Of a stretch of 64,000 bases of DNA, positions 1 to 30,500 are shown one piece after another. The stretch's first letter is position 1, and the number at the start of each line of letters is the position of its first letter. The notes below the pieces were generated by a model that saw nothing but the letters and a program-made list of their open reading frames with translations, ran no database searches and was not told the origin of the DNA. The translations under genes and the position numbers were made by a program. The stretch is from positions 124,001 through 188,000 of the forward strand of contig NIVC01000763.1 in assembly GCA_002269645.1 (NCBI GenBank), read 5' to 3'. The DNA comes from Macrostomum lignano. Taxonomy: Eukaryota.

Positions 1-968
1 AGAATGGATTGCTAATCTAGCCAGCATCACTGATGAAGGAATAGAATGGATTGCTAATGTAGCCAACATCACTGATGAAGGAATAGAATGGATTGCTAAT
101 CTAGCCAACATCACTGATGAAGGAATAGAATGGATTGCTAATCTAGCCAGCATCACTGATGAAGGAATAGAATGGATTGCTAATCTAGCCAGCATCACTG
201 ATGAAGGAATAGAATGGATTGCTAATCTAGCCAGCATCACTGATGAAGGAATAGAATGGATTGCTAATCTAGCCAACATCACTGATGAAGGAATAGAATG
301 GATTGCTAATCTAGCCAGCATCACTGATGAAGGAATAGAATGGATTGCTAATCTAGCCAGCATCACTGATGAAGGAATAGAATGGATTGCTAATCTAGCC
401 AGCATCACTGATGAAGGAATAGAATGGATTGCTAATGTAGCCAACATCACTGATGAAGGAATAGAATGGATTGCTAATCTAGCCAACATCACTGATGAAG
501 GAATAGAATGGATTGCTAATCTAGCCAGCATCACTGATGAAGGAATAGAATGGATTGCTAATCTAGCCAGCATCACTGATGAAGGAATAGAATGGATTGC
601 TAATCTAGCCAGCATCACTGATGAAGGAATAGAATGGATTGCTAATCTAGCCAACATCACTGATGAAGGAATAGAATGGATTGCTAATCTAGCCAGCATC
701 ACTGATGAAGGAATAGAATGGATTGCTAATCTAGCCAGCATCACTGATGAAGGAATAGAATGGATTGCTAATCTAGCCAGCATCACTGATGAAGGAATAG
801 AATGGATTGCTAATCTAGCCAGCATCACTGATGAAGGAATAGAATGGATTGCTAATCAAGCCAGCATCACTGATGAAGGAATAGAATGGATTGCTAATCT
901 AGCCAGCATCACTGATGAAGGAATAGAATGGATTGCTAATCTAGCCAGCATCACTGATGAAGGAATAG
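1..968. repeat. 42-bp minisatellite (AGAATGGATTGCTAATCTAGCCAGCATCACTGATGAAGGAAT), about 23 copies
   Basis: Direct inspection; head-to-tail with no spacers. Confidence 0.97.
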
Positions 969-1267
969 GTTGCTTAATTAGCAGTGATAAGTAATTAAAA
1001 GCACGTATGTTACTTTTCTAATTATCTATTTACATGCCATTTGAATTCGTACGCATGCGGTGACTGGGTGATGATTAAATAGTTAGCTCCGACATCTGGC
1101 TCCTTTTTCATATCAAAGTCATCATTCTTTATTGCACAGCGAATTTTGTTCATGCCACCTGGTCTGGCCGTCCCCCTGCTCTCTGCTTGGCATCTTGTTT
1201 TTTTATTTGACACTTTCCAATGCAACTTAATCACTTGCTGACTTGCTACAGTTCCAACATCAGTTTC

Positions 1268-1415
1268 TGGACCAGCCTCCCAGATCCTCAGTTGCTGGGC
1301 CAGCCTTCCAGATCCTCAGTTGCTGGGCCAGCCTTCCAGATCCTCAGTTGCTAGGCCAGCCTCTCAGATCCTCAGTTGCTGGGCCAGCCTCCCAGATCCT
1401 CAGTTGCTGGGCCAG
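1268..1415. repeat. About 29-bp tandem repeat (CAGCCTCCCAGATCCTCAGTTGCTGGGC-like)
   Basis: About five copies by inspection. Confidence 0.85.
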
Positions 1416-1540
1416 TCTCGCAACCCCCAGACATCCTATAAATTAATTTATTGACCACTGCTTCTGCACTTACATCAGGTAGGCCCCAATGCTTCAGCTT
1501 GAAGGAACCAAGAGCACCCTTACTTCCTTCTCCGCCCCAG

Positions 1541-8286
<6,746 letters not shown>

Positions 8287-8380
8287 GTGCCGTCCCCAAT
8301 GCGACTGTGCACCGCTTGCATGAAAAACCGCCTGTGGTGCAGACAAATCAAAATGCTCTGATTTATGTCAGAGGAACCTG

Positions 8381-8572
8381 ACTCTTGAGCCTGCTATCTT
8401 GAGTTTTCATACTAACCTCTAACACTCACTCTTGAGCCTGCTATCTTGAGTTTTCATACTAACCTCTAACACTCACTCTTGAGCCTGCTATCTTGAGTTT
8501 TCATACTAACCTCTAACACTCACTCTTGAGCCTGCTATCTTGAGTTTTCATACTAACCTCTAACACTCACTC
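8381..8572. repeat. 47-bp tandem repeat x4 downstream of the GFPT stop
   Basis: Units start at 8381, 8428, 8475 and 8522. Confidence 0.95.
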
Positions 8573-9264
8573 CCCTCCCTTTTTTTCTGTTTCTGTTGCT
8601 TCAAGTTTGCTTGCTTCCGGCGCAGCTAATGCGAATCACAACCGGTTCAATATTCTCGTGTCAAACAGAAACCGCTCTAATCGTTGTGGCTTGTCTTGGA
8701 AAACTTTTTTTTGTTTATTGTGTCACAGCTTAGCCAATGCCATTACACTGAAGGTGTTGATAATATTTTTACTATGCTATTTTTAACATCTTAAATCACT
8801 TTTTCTCTGTTTGACGGCTACTCCGTAATTAACTACTATGAATTTTCCCTGACAGCTCATTTTCAACCAATTGTTCTATTAATCGACAGCTTGCTAAGGA
8901 TTGTTTGATTTGGCAAATATTTTAGTAGAACTAGTGGGTGTATTTTATTATTATCAACTATGCTATCAATTAATTTTTATTTGCTGTTTCATCGCAGTAG
9001 GCAGTTGTGGACTCAGTTTGCTTTATATTTTCAAATATGTAATAATTGGTAACCATTTTGCGAACAAAATATTTTAACATTATCAAAATACCTGCACGGA
9101 ATCGGTGCCCAGATAATTGCTTATTCACTTCCGACTCCCAACAACTCGGATATTGGTGGTCGGAGATATTAATTGATTGGTTTGATGCCTTGTGACTTGC
9201 TTATTTTTCATTAGTAGTATGTTGGATAGCAGAAGTTTTAATTCATAACTGCCTTCATAACTGT

Positions 9265-9566
9265 CTGAAGCCTAGTGGTCAGAGCGTTGGACACACGATT
9301 GAAAGGTCAGGGGTTCGAGTCTCGACATACTCGGAACAATTTGTGTCCTTGAGCAAGACCACTTAACTCTGCATTGCTTCAGTTCACCCAGCTGTAGAAT
9401 GGGTGCCAGCATTAGCTGGGGTAATTGAGGGTGTGTGTGGCGACCCCCCAGTCCTTGGACTGAACAGCCGTACGCAGCCTTCAGATGCGCCGCGCAATAG
9501 CTGCGGCTGAGCTGTCGGTTGCACATCTGGCAATAAGGGCAGGTGTAATCAACTGTTATTATTATT
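9265..9566 (+). mobile_element. tRNA-derived SINE with CORE-like central domain
   Basis: A-box-like TAGTGGTCAGAGC (9273), B-box-like GGTTCGAGTCT, CORE-like TGTGTCCTTGAGCAAGACCACTTAAC..CAGTT..CTGTAGAATGGG and a (TTA)n tail. A second copy lies at 57315-57595. Confidence 0.75.
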
Positions 9567-9997
9567 CACAACCGTGCTTGATGAGCTTATTGGGGAATTT
9601 ATAAGAGATGTCAAGGCTCATTGAGGGAATTACTGAGATTCCAATGGTCTATTGGAAGTTTTCGGTAGACCAGGCTTGATAGGTCAAGGGCCGGCAGTTT
9701 GGGTTAAGTCGTGACTTAAAGGGAGGCTTTGATGCCAAAGCTTACAGGGGATGAGATTTTTTTGCTGTCTGGGGGATGCTTGCTACATTACATCATTATT
9801 AAAAAATTTTTAACATTCTTACTCCCCAGCGGGGGGCGTAGATTGCTAGTACGAGCTATAGTAAAATTGATTACTTTCTTTGTTGCTATGCTAGCTATGA
9901 TCTGACCTGTGCCATGCACTCAGATTCAAGGACAAACACTACACAGTAACAGTGAATTTAGAATTCGACAACTGCATATCGAAGGTGCACTTGTCAA

Positions 9998-18161
<8,164 letters not shown>

Positions 18162-18696
18162 CTGCAACCGCTCCCGAAAGCAACTCAGGCACCGTCAACT
18201 CGTCCTGGGCGGAGTCTGATAGAATTAGCAGTTGTCAGACGCGAAGCACTCGGGCAATGCGGGGGGGGGGGCTTAAGAGCAGAGCGAGGAAGCAGATGGA
18301 AAGAGGCAGGCGGCGACAGTCGCTTTTCTGGGGGCATCGCGGCATGGTGAAAAAAGGTTTTCAATGCGGGTAGAGATTGGAGAAGAGGCCGAGATTGGCC
18401 GGCCCGCCAATGGAAGAGGGCAGCAGAGACACTGGGCGATTTTTGCCTGCTCCTAGTCCGCAGCCTCCTCCCGCCAGCTCAGGGCGACATGCGCTGCAAT
18501 CCGACACGCCTCTCTGCAGTCCCAACGCCTCGAAATCCACTTGACCCGCCCAGCGAGCTCGTTTCTATGCGAATTTTGCTTTGCCCACCCCCCACTGAGC
18601 AAGCGTGCACACTTGATTTTTGGGCTGTTGGAACCAGAGAGGCAGAGGGTGAGGAATGTTAATCACGGGTTAATGAGGGATCTGGCTCTGCTTTAA

Positions 18697-20207
<1,511 letters not shown>

Positions 20208-21648
20208 CATGCATTTTTTCTACTATTTTACAAAAACTTTGGCGTAAAAAATCTTTCCTGGAAAAAATGGCTGGGTCGCGACTGACTTTGAGGGTCTTAA
20301 AATGCATCCACTTCCTCCCGATTTGTCACGTAGCCCTTTTGCCCCAATGAATCGGGGAGATCCGGGCTGGTTATATTATGGCATAATGAGTTTTTCACAT
20401 GCATGAGATTTCGGGATTTCTGAGATTTGAAGCAGAAAATCGATAAATAAGCCGCGTGTCACCCAACACCTGGAGAGAAGGACAATATGAGGGTTCGCAG
20501 CTATGCAATATGCCCAGCTCATAATTCTGCAGCATGCTGATAAGGGTCTTAGCCTGAAAGCATCAGCCCGGCTTGCAGCAGACTAGGGCAAATATCTCAG
20601 CAGGTGGTATCGGTATAGGATGGGTGCCGGCATTCCGGCAGATTCAGGCTCAATATATACACTGCAGTAGTTTTGCCCGCGGGCACGAGCTCGCGACTAG
20701 CAAAGGATGAATCATACATTCTGAGGATACTCTGCATGCACTGTGTGTACTGATTGAGGAGATGGCTGTATCTGCATTTGTGTATTGATGTGATATCTAT
20801 TATATCTATCTTTTAATATTTACTTGAAAAATTATGTATCAAACTCTGTTACCTTGTTTACGTTCATTTACACATTATTTTCATTTTCTTTCGCAAATTA
20901 ATAATTAGACATTTTTTACTACATCGGCTGCTGAACTTCAGTTAGATAGATATAATCTAATTAAGCATTATGTGTAATTTCCGACCGACATCCTGACGTG
21001 GCCCGCCTTATGGCCCCCCCGCTCCGGCACCAGCAATGACTGCTGGACCAAGGACCACACTGTAGTACATACAGTAAAACGACAGGACGTAAAACTAAAA
21101 GATTGTGTAGCTTTTAGTAGGAGACCCATTGCCTGGAGAAAATACACTGCGGAGATAGGAAATAGTCCGTTTTTCATCACATAATCAATTATTGCATTTG
21201 ATATTTGGCAGTGAAGACATTTCTTTAATTTTAACGTGCGCAACATATGTTACTATTTTGTTGTACAGTGTATTTTAAATATAGTTAATGAAACTTTCAT
21301 TTCATATTGTTGTTTCATACGCCAAGGCAAAATTTGTGAAAGAAACAAGTAAAATTTTGTTTCGTTGCGTCTTGAATCCAGTATATGCATGTCATTTGCT
21401 TCGCTGCTTATTGTGACAGTGTAATTCGTAATTTCGTAGAAGCATCTGTATCGTATTTCTTTAATCTCACTTGCATACCGTACAACTACTGTATTCTTTC
21501 ATTTTCTTTAACAATATTCCATACGTAATATTATCGCGCTTCTGTGTTAAATGCCTTATTTTTTATTAGCCTCGTATGTATTTATTCTATTATTTGTATT
21601 TCATTCATATCGTTATTATTTCTCGTAAAAGTAGTTCTATCTATGTAC

Positions 21649-21932
21649 CAAGGACCACTAGAAGAAGAAGGACGGGACACTTCGTTTCTTGGAAAATTTA
21701 TTAAAGGCTGATTTTCACGGAAAAATGCACTAGCGAGATAGGAAATTTTCACTTTTTTCCTTTAAAATGGTGATAGCTTTTTATTGGAAGTAGATACAAA
21801 GCTCTTCTTTTGATATAACTTACAAAACATGTTGCTTCAACGGATTTTATGCATGAACATTTTTTACAATTAATTGATCTTCATATTATTTTAGTTATTA
21901 GCTTTATATCATGCTACCTCTAGTGGTCCTTG
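21649..21932. mobile_element. hAT-type MITE (284 bp)
   Basis: TIR CAAGGACCACTAGA / TCTAGTGGTCCTTG, flanked by a perfect 8-bp duplication CTATGTAC (21641-21648 and 21933-21940). Confidence 0.85.
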
Positions 21933-23094
21933 CTATGTACATGTACTGACGTTATGATATTCTTGCACGATATATTTTATCGATTAATTTGTACATGTAC
22001 ATTGCGCGTGGGGGGCTTGTCTGGGTTTGGATTAGGGGTGTTGTTGTTATCTGTTTACCTACCAATTAAACATATGCTTACACTACAGTCAGCGGCCGCT
22101 CTCGCCCTTCCCTCCCTCTATGCTTCGCTTTTCGCTCTAGGCTCGCGAACCCCTTAGCTATCCGGCGCTCCTTTGCCTCAACTCTCCCGCCGCCTACCTC
22201 GGCCCAATTAATTAAATCAACTGATCCGATCCTAGCAATTTTCTATATATCTAAATCTAAGCTGTCTTAAGTAACACTATAAGTCTAATGGTGGAAGCAG
22301 CCTGCCGATCTGCTAGCTAATCGTGAACTATCTAAATTAAGCGCTACACGAAACCGTCTTCCCGCCTTTATTCGTCACATTATAAAGTTACTGTACGAAT
22401 ATTTTGAATGAAAAAAATCTCAACGGTCGTATGCATTAAACCAAAGTTCAGAATTTAATTCAGGAAGCAGAAAATTAAAAGATATTATCAACTTATCAGA
22501 ATTAGAAAAAGAAAACAGTTGTTTATCTTTTAAATTAAAGCATAGTTTATAACTTTTAATGAAATCAAGTAAAAAAGTTCATTATGGGCCATGTTCTTTA
22601 TTGAACTTTACTGTATACTTTCAGGTTTAGGTTACTACTATATAATGCAAGGGCAAAGTGTCCGTTCCGGGCCACGCAGCGCAGCACGTATTGTTCTCCT
22701 GTCTTAAGTCACAAGAAACGATCGATTCATTCGACCAATAGTAAAGATTGTTTTGCAAATGATCTCTTGTAGCCTTCAGTTTATTATGCAATATTATAGT
22801 CCTGACCTAAGTCCCTGACTCCTTATTATGGGCTATGTATGAGTATTTAAATACCGAACACAGTCAGTCAGTGAGTCAGGTTTAGTTTATCTATATCTAT
22901 CTATTTGTATTATTAGCCTTTTCATTCTAGGCCTACAGAAATCAATTTCTGTAGTTTTCGTGGTCGTCATTGAGAGTTTTCATAATTACCTGGCTCTGTC
23001 TCAGCCAAACAAAAATGTCAGGCAAATGTCAAATGACTTGATACAAGAAGGATTAAATGTCAGGGCTAGTAGCCTATATCGCCTACTGGTAGCC

Positions 23095-23630
23095 TAGATT
23101 TGCCCATAGGAGATTTGCCCATCAAGATTTGTCTGCAAGAATTGCCCACCAAGATTTGCCTGCAGTGCATTTTGCCTGCAAGTGAATTATCTACCAAGTT
23201 TTGCCCACAATGCTTTTTTCTTGCAGCGCATTTGGCAGCTAGATTCTGTTTGTAATGCCCCTCCTCCCCCCCAAAATATATGCATTTGATGTGCAGTTTA
23301 CTATTAAAACAATTGATTAGGTAAATCTCTTTATTAAGACTTACTAAGCTAGCATTCCTAGCAAGGCAATATAGATCAAATCTGTTGTGTGGCCAAATAT
23401 GCTGTAGAAAAAAAGCATTGTAGTTGTAGACAAACCTTGGCAGGAAAAAACTTGGCAGGCAATTTGCTTGCAGGCAATTCACTCATGGGCAAAATGCACT
23501 GCAGGCAAATCTCCATGGGCAATTTGCTCATAGGCAAAATGCACAATGGATAAATCTTGGTAGGAAAAGCTCGGTAAACAAATCATAATGGGTAAATATC
23601 CTATAGGAAAATCTTAGTAGGCAATTTGTC
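23095..23630. mobile_element. Foldback-like element with inverted arms built from short TTTGCC(C/T) subrepeats
   Basis: ATTTGCCTGCAGTGCATTTTGCC (23154-23176) is the exact reverse complement of 23488-23510. The left arm has TTTGCC units and the right arm has GGCAAA units. Confidence 0.5.
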
Positions 23631-23847
23631 TGCATACATTTCTTGTGCTCTTCCCAAACTAGCTAAAGTTATAGTTTTTATATTATATTACACAGTTTTT
23701 TCAATAGACTTAGAAATTAAGTAGGCCTAAATCTATTATGATAAAGTTAACATCATAAGTATATTTGTTATACTAATATAGTTTAGTATTTCTATTTGAT
23801 CTAAGTTAGTAAATGTAAGCCTATTTCATACAATGCCAATGCCATAA

Positions 23848-24634
23848 GGCTCATTCCATATAAGATAGACATATTTGGAAAATAGAAAAAAGTCAATATT
23901 TTTGCTTGCCATTGCCTAATTAGCCTATTTTTTTTTACCAAATGTTTATATTGTGCAATATATACAATCTAAGAATAAAGGAATGGTAAAATGTTGGATT
24001 AGTATGTTATCAATTGGCAAAAAGTCATTTTTGTAAAAATTTGGACATTTTTCGAAGCAAAAGACATCATTAAGATTTTGTACCTTTTAAAAACAAATAG
24101 AAAGCTTTTGAAGGTTGAAACAAACTATAGATAAAAGTATAGTACTTGCATCATCAGATAAAAGCATTGGTGACCAAATAATCTATTATATTTTTAATGT
24201 ATTAGTACCTCAAAGTTACTGAATTGACAGAAAAAAATATGTTACGACCATAATGTTATGACCATAAGGCTGCCTTTTCTTTTGTATCTTTGTTGCCTTT
24301 TGAGTTTATATATTCTAATAAAAGAGTATGATTTCTAAAGATGTTCTTAGTCAAATTTTAAAAATGTATTGCAAAATATCAAAATGAAAAATGTTATAAG
24401 ACTTTTACCTTTTAGTTTCTATATGTCAAAAATCCTGTTGTTACGACCATAAGTGTCATTTAAGGTTTAATAGCATCTATACTAATGATGATATCTATAT
24501 GAAACTCTATAAATATATTCTAGACAAAATAATCTTTCATTTAAAATATTGGTTTAGTATATTCTATTATTAGATTTCATTTTATAAGTAAAAATAACCT
24601 GTCATGTTACGACCATGCTTATATGGAATGAGCC
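23848..24634. mobile_element. Non-autonomous DNA transposon (about 787 bp)
   Basis: Perfect 17-bp TIR GGCTCATTCCATATAAG / CTTATATGGAATGAGCC. Internal GTTACGACCAT is repeated three times (about 24241, 24440 and 24606). No clean TSD. Confidence 0.6.
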
Positions 24635-24869
24635 ATAACTAGATATAATAATAATTTATATTATGTCCATTTTTGAGTTATTAACTAAAATTAACTTTGG
24701 AACTTTATTTTGACTTAAAAATCTTTTGTATTTCTAAGAATACAAAGTATTCTTTATTTTACTCTTAAGTATTATTTATTAATATATTTATTTTAACTTT
24801 TAATTAGTCAGTATTATTTAGAACTTCAATGAGAGTCCCATTGCATACTCTTATGACTTGCCAAAGAGT

Positions 24870-25330
24870 GTACTCTATATATAGTTTAGTAAGCCTCAGG
24901 TTATCTTTATTTATGTCTGTTGTGTGTCTGTCTGTTTGTTTGTCTGTGTATAATTTTGTTCACTATAGACTCTCAAACTGCTTAACCAAATTATACCAAA
25001 ATTTGCACCCACCCTAAACCCACTATAGAGAATGTTTTAGGCTAGGAGCTTAACCTTAAAAATTTACTAAATCTAAGTTTTTCTACCTAAAAGTGCAAAA
25101 AATTGCTTAAAAGCCTGATTTGTTTCTCAATACTTTATAGTGCCACTCCTGTTTTACCAATCCTCTTCAAATTTTACACTGACAATCTTCAACTATTTTG
25201 ATGAAATTATGTAAAATTTTGAATCTCAAAGATAATCTTGAATTGCACTGTGTACTTTTAAACTTTTAAAGTCTGCTTTTTGTCAATGAGATAGCCACCC
25301 CAACCTCTGCTTCTCTCTTTCCCTTATCTA
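24870..25330 (+). mobile_element. Possible degenerate non-autonomous Helitron-like repeat
   Basis: TCTATATATA start, a TGTCTGTCTGTTTGTTTGTCTG tract, then AAACTGCTTAACCAAATT..AAAATTTG, a layout I recall from invertebrate Helitron derivatives. No convincing 3' hairpin. Confidence 0.3.
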
Positions 25331-25584
25331 GCAAGATGTGGAAAAAGAGGTTTTAAAATTTACTAAATTTTGGCTGCTCTAAGTTTGTTCCATATGAAGC
25401 AATTGACTTTAAATTTGACACAATTTTTCAGTAGTCAAAGCAGTCAGTAAATGGAATGGAATGGAATAAAGCAACCATGAGTGTACTATGTCCCACAAAC
25501 TGGCTTTCAAAGCAGAGATCGACATATTTTTACCTCAAAGGCCAGATAAAGAATCCAGCTCATGGCTGCGGGCCAGATGAGAGT

Positions 25585-26310
25585 GGAAAAGAGAAGGAAT
25601 AGACTATTAGAAGAGAAGAGGCTAGAGGGGGGATTTAGAGAAAATATAGATAAGAGGAGAGATGAGGGGTGAGAAGAAAGAGGGCAGAGAAGAGGGGAGG
25701 AAGAAGTGAGAGGAGAGGGGAGAAACAGAAGAAGGAAGAGAAGCAAGAGGAGAGAGTAGAGGTGAGAAGAGGGAGAGAGGGGAAGAGAAGAGAGAGAAAA
25801 AAGAGAGGAGAGAGGAGATAGAGATGAGAGAGGGGAGAAAGGAGAGATGAGAGAGTAGAGATGAAAGATGAAGGAGAGAGGAGAGTGTAGAGAGAAGTGA
25901 AGAAAGGAGAAAGGAAAGAGAGGAGTCAGAAGAGGGGAAAGAGAAGAGTACACATAAGAGAGGTGACAAAACGGATAGGAGAGTAAAGATGACAGAAGAG
26001 AGAAGGGATACAAGAGAGCAAAGATGAGAGTGAACAGGCAAGATATGAAAGGAGAGAGAATAGGAAAGATGAGAGAGCAAAGATAAGAGTTAGGAGAGTA
26101 GAGAGAACAGAGGAGAGAGAAGAGAGGAGATGTGTGAGAGCAGAGAGGAGAGGCGAGGGAGAGAGAAAAGAGTAGAGAGCAGAGAGCAGAGATGAAATAA
26201 AAAGAGGAGGGATAAGAGGAGAGAGGAAAGAGAAGGCAAGATGATAGATGAGATGAGAAAACAAAGAGAGAGTAGAGAAGTCTCAAAGAACCAGAGGGAT
26301 GGAGAGAGGC
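25585..26310. repeat. Purine-rich (GA) low-complexity tract
   Basis: Almost exclusively A/G on the plus strand. Confidence 0.85.
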
Positions 26311-26639
26311 AGAGGCCAGAGTTTGTCAACATATGCTTTAGACAGATGTTTAGAGCGACTCATTCTGCGTGGCACCCCAGCTGATGAGATCAACGCTTGC
26401 CTGAAATCTTAATTTAACACGAATTTAATCCATTTTTTAAACTTCTAACAATTAATAAGTTCTTGTTTTAGTGTGACTAGTGGGAATTAGAATTCCACGG
26501 GTTCAAAATCCGCGGGTTTCGACAGCTTGTAGTTAATAAAAAAGCTTCAGATGCATATAGTTAAAGGCAAATAAATCCAAACAAACCCATTTTTTAGCCA
26601 TTGTATACATGTATCTATATATTTTCCTTTCGAGTCTAT

Positions 26640-27488
<849 letters not shown>

Positions 27489-27508
27489 GCCCATTCCGCA
27501 GCCTATCA

Positions 27509-30500
27509 ATGCCAGCTGGTCTCCCCCGGTTATTCGCAGTCGCCAGCGCAGCGGCCGCCACAGCAGCGGCAGCAGCCAACACCAATTCCGCTAGCAATAC
27601 CGAAGAAAGCCACAGTTTTAGCAAAGGGGATTTTTTCCCCAGCAGATACGCTGAGTTGCCGCGGGCGCGCCTACTACCAGGGAAGAGTTCTTCCCAGCCA
27701 GCGGGGCTCAGTCTGGCCTCAGTGTCCGTGCTGATGCGCCACGGTGCCAGGACGCCGCTGCACAAGGTGCCCGGCTATCTGGGCGATCAGTTCCGCTGGC
27801 CAACCGATGTGGCTTATCAGCTAGCTGAGATGGATGGCGTGCAGGTAGGGAGTCTGCTTAAGTTTTATTGAGATTTGGGTTTGAGGACTTTAGCCTGGAT
27901 TTGTAGCTTACAGCTCACAAATTCTGAAATTGTGAGATTTCCAATTTTTTTAGTGAGATTTTTAAACTGTTTAAGTGAGACTTCCGAATTGTTGGGGTGA
28001 GATTTTCAAACTGTTTGAGTGAGACTTCCGAATTGTTAGGGTGAGATTTCCAGAATCTTTAGAGTGAGATTTCCAGATTGTTAGGGTGAGATTTCCAAAT
28101 CGTTAGGGTGAGATTTCCAGAATCGTTAGGGTGAGATTTCCAAATCGTTAGGGTGAGATTTCCAGAATCGTTAGGGTGAGATTTCCAAATTGTTAGGGTG
28201 AGATTTCCAGAATCTTTAGAGTGAGATTTCCAGATTGTTAGGGTGAGATTTCCAAATCGTTAGGGTGAGATTTCCAGAATCGTTAGGATGAGATTTCCAG
28301 AATCGTTAGGGTGAGGTTTCCAAATCGTTAGGGTAAGACTTCCGAATTGTCAGGGTGAGATTTCCAAATCGTTAGGGTGAGATTTCCAGAATCGTTAGGG
28401 TGGGATTTCCAGAATTGTAAGGGTGATATTTCCGAATCGTTAGGGTGAGATTTCCAAATCGTTTGGGTGAGATTTCCTATATCTTCTAGAGTGAGTTTTG
28501 TAAAATCTCTAGGGTAAGACTTTGAAAAGTAACCCAGAGTGAAACAGTTCTCGCCAGCCCCCGATCTCCGTGCGCCCCACCGCAGATGCAGCTGTACGAC
28601 CCACTGCATCCGGGCTCGCAGCCCAGCCTGATGCGGCCGCACCGGCAGTACCTGTTGGGCGGCGCCCAGCCGGGCTCTCTGACCCGCCTCGGCCAGGCCG
28701 ACATGATCCGCTTGGGCCAGCGGCTTCGCCGAGACTACCGTCAGCTGGTTAACGACAATCTTCGTAAGCACAAAGAAGACTACGGAGGCTGGCTGTACTG
28801 TCGCAGCACCAGCATATTGCGCTGCGTGCAGTCGCTGCAGTGCGTGCTGGCCGGGCTACTGCTGGACGCTCAGCCTGGCGAGTCGCTGGAAGCATCGGTG
28901 TGTGCTCTGAGAAGTTTGGCTAGATAGACCTGTCTTGGATCCATTTCAAAATGCATCCCCAACTCCTATTCTACATGCTTAGTATTTTAAGTCCCCAAAG
29001 CTGAAAATCCCCAAAAGCTAAAAATCCTCTTTCCGAGTCTCAAAAATCCCTAAGAGATAAAAATCCCCTTCCCAACTCTCAGAAATCCCTAAAAGCAAAA
29101 AATCACTTTCCCAACTGTCAGAAATCCCCAAGAGATAAAAATCCCAAAAGCTAAAAATCCCATTTTCAACTTCAAGAAATCCCCAAGAGATAAAAATCCC
29201 CTTCCCAACTCTCAGAAATCCCCAAAAGCTAAAATCCCATTTCAAGTCTCAGAAATCCCCAAGAGATAAAAATCCCCTTCCCAACTCTCAAAAATCCCCA
29301 AAAGCTAAAAATCCCCTTTCCGAGTCTCAAAAATCTCTAAGAGATAAAAATCCCGTTCTTAAATCTCAGAAGTCCCCAAAAGCTAAAGCTAAAAATCCCC
29401 TTCCCAACTCTCAGAAATCCCCAAAAGCTAAAATCCCATTTCAAGTCTCAGAAATCCCCAAGAGATAAAAATCCCGTTCCCAACTCTCAGAAATCCCCAA
29501 AAGCTAAAAATCCCATTTCAACTCCCAGAAATCCCCAAAAGCTAAAAATCCCTTTTCCGAGTCTCAAATCCCCAAAGCTAAAAATCGCTGATATTATTAT
29601 GCTTGATATTTGCTGCGCAGGCCGCCCCAGCTACTGTCCGGGTGGCAATTCGCTCTCTAATCGACGAGGATCTGTTCCCAAACTTTCGGACAGTCCCCGA
29701 GCTGCAAAATCTCAATCTGGCCAACGCAAGCGCGCTGCTAAGCCGATTAGATGGCTACTTGGCAACTCGGCAGCAGCTGGCCAATGCCTTCGGCATTCCC
29801 TCCTACGGTGGTCGCGCTTCGCCGATGCCCTCGTGGAACGAAACACAAAAGCCGAGGGAAAACTTTGTGCCGCTGTACTTTGCCAGAGATGACCTGTCGG
29901 CTAGACTGGCTCACGGATCTACTTTGCCGGGTCCCGTGGCCAAGCTGTGCCCGACTCTGGATAGACTGTGCGCTCTGGAACTGCTCACAGAGGAGATGGG
30001 GCCCTGCGAAATCTGGGAAGAAGTGAGTAGTGTGGCTGATTTGACTGCTGTTAGGCTGTCCTAAGATGAGTCCTGGATTGTTGATCAATGAGTCTGTCCA
30101 TGTACTATTTGATAATTGAATACTTTAGATTATAGCCTTGCTAATTTTGCTGTCGGATGCTGTATTACTGGATATCGGATGCTGGGAGACTAAATGTCGG
30201 ATGCTGGGAGACTAGATGTCGGATGCTCGGAGACTAGATGTCAGATGCTGGGAGACTAGATGTCAGATGCTGGGAGACTAGATGTCGGATGTTTAAGGTC
30301 TAGATGTCAGATGCTGGGAGACTAGATGTCGGATGCTGTGAGACTAGATGTCGGATGCTGTGAGACTAGATGTCGGATGCTGTGAGACTAGATGTCGGAT
30401 GCTGGGAGACTAGATGTCGGATGCTGTGAGACTAGATGTCGGATGCTGGGAGACTAGATGTCGGAACAGTCGCCTCCCCTGTCCTGCACTCCAGGCCCTG

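Noticed and set aside
1-968. CRISPR-like array, or an LRR-like peptide ITDEGIEWIANLAS from the 42-bp repeat
   Set aside because: There are no unique spacers and no cas genes. The 14-aa period is too short for an LRR, there is no usable splice or start context, and the same unit is intronic at 14019.
1451-1478. Extra GFPT micro-exon ending at the CAG|GTAGGC site at 1478
   Set aside because: There is no upstream AG acceptor between the in-frame stop at 1439-1441 and this donor.
20675-20702. Helitron 3' end (GCCCGCGGGC palindrome followed by CTAG)
   Set aside because: CTAG is not followed by T and no matching 5' TC end could be assigned.
25513-26335. hAT-Charlie-like MITE enclosing the purine tract (CAGAGATCGACATA..TTTGTCAACATATG)
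   Set aside because: The terminal match is poor and there is no target-site duplication.
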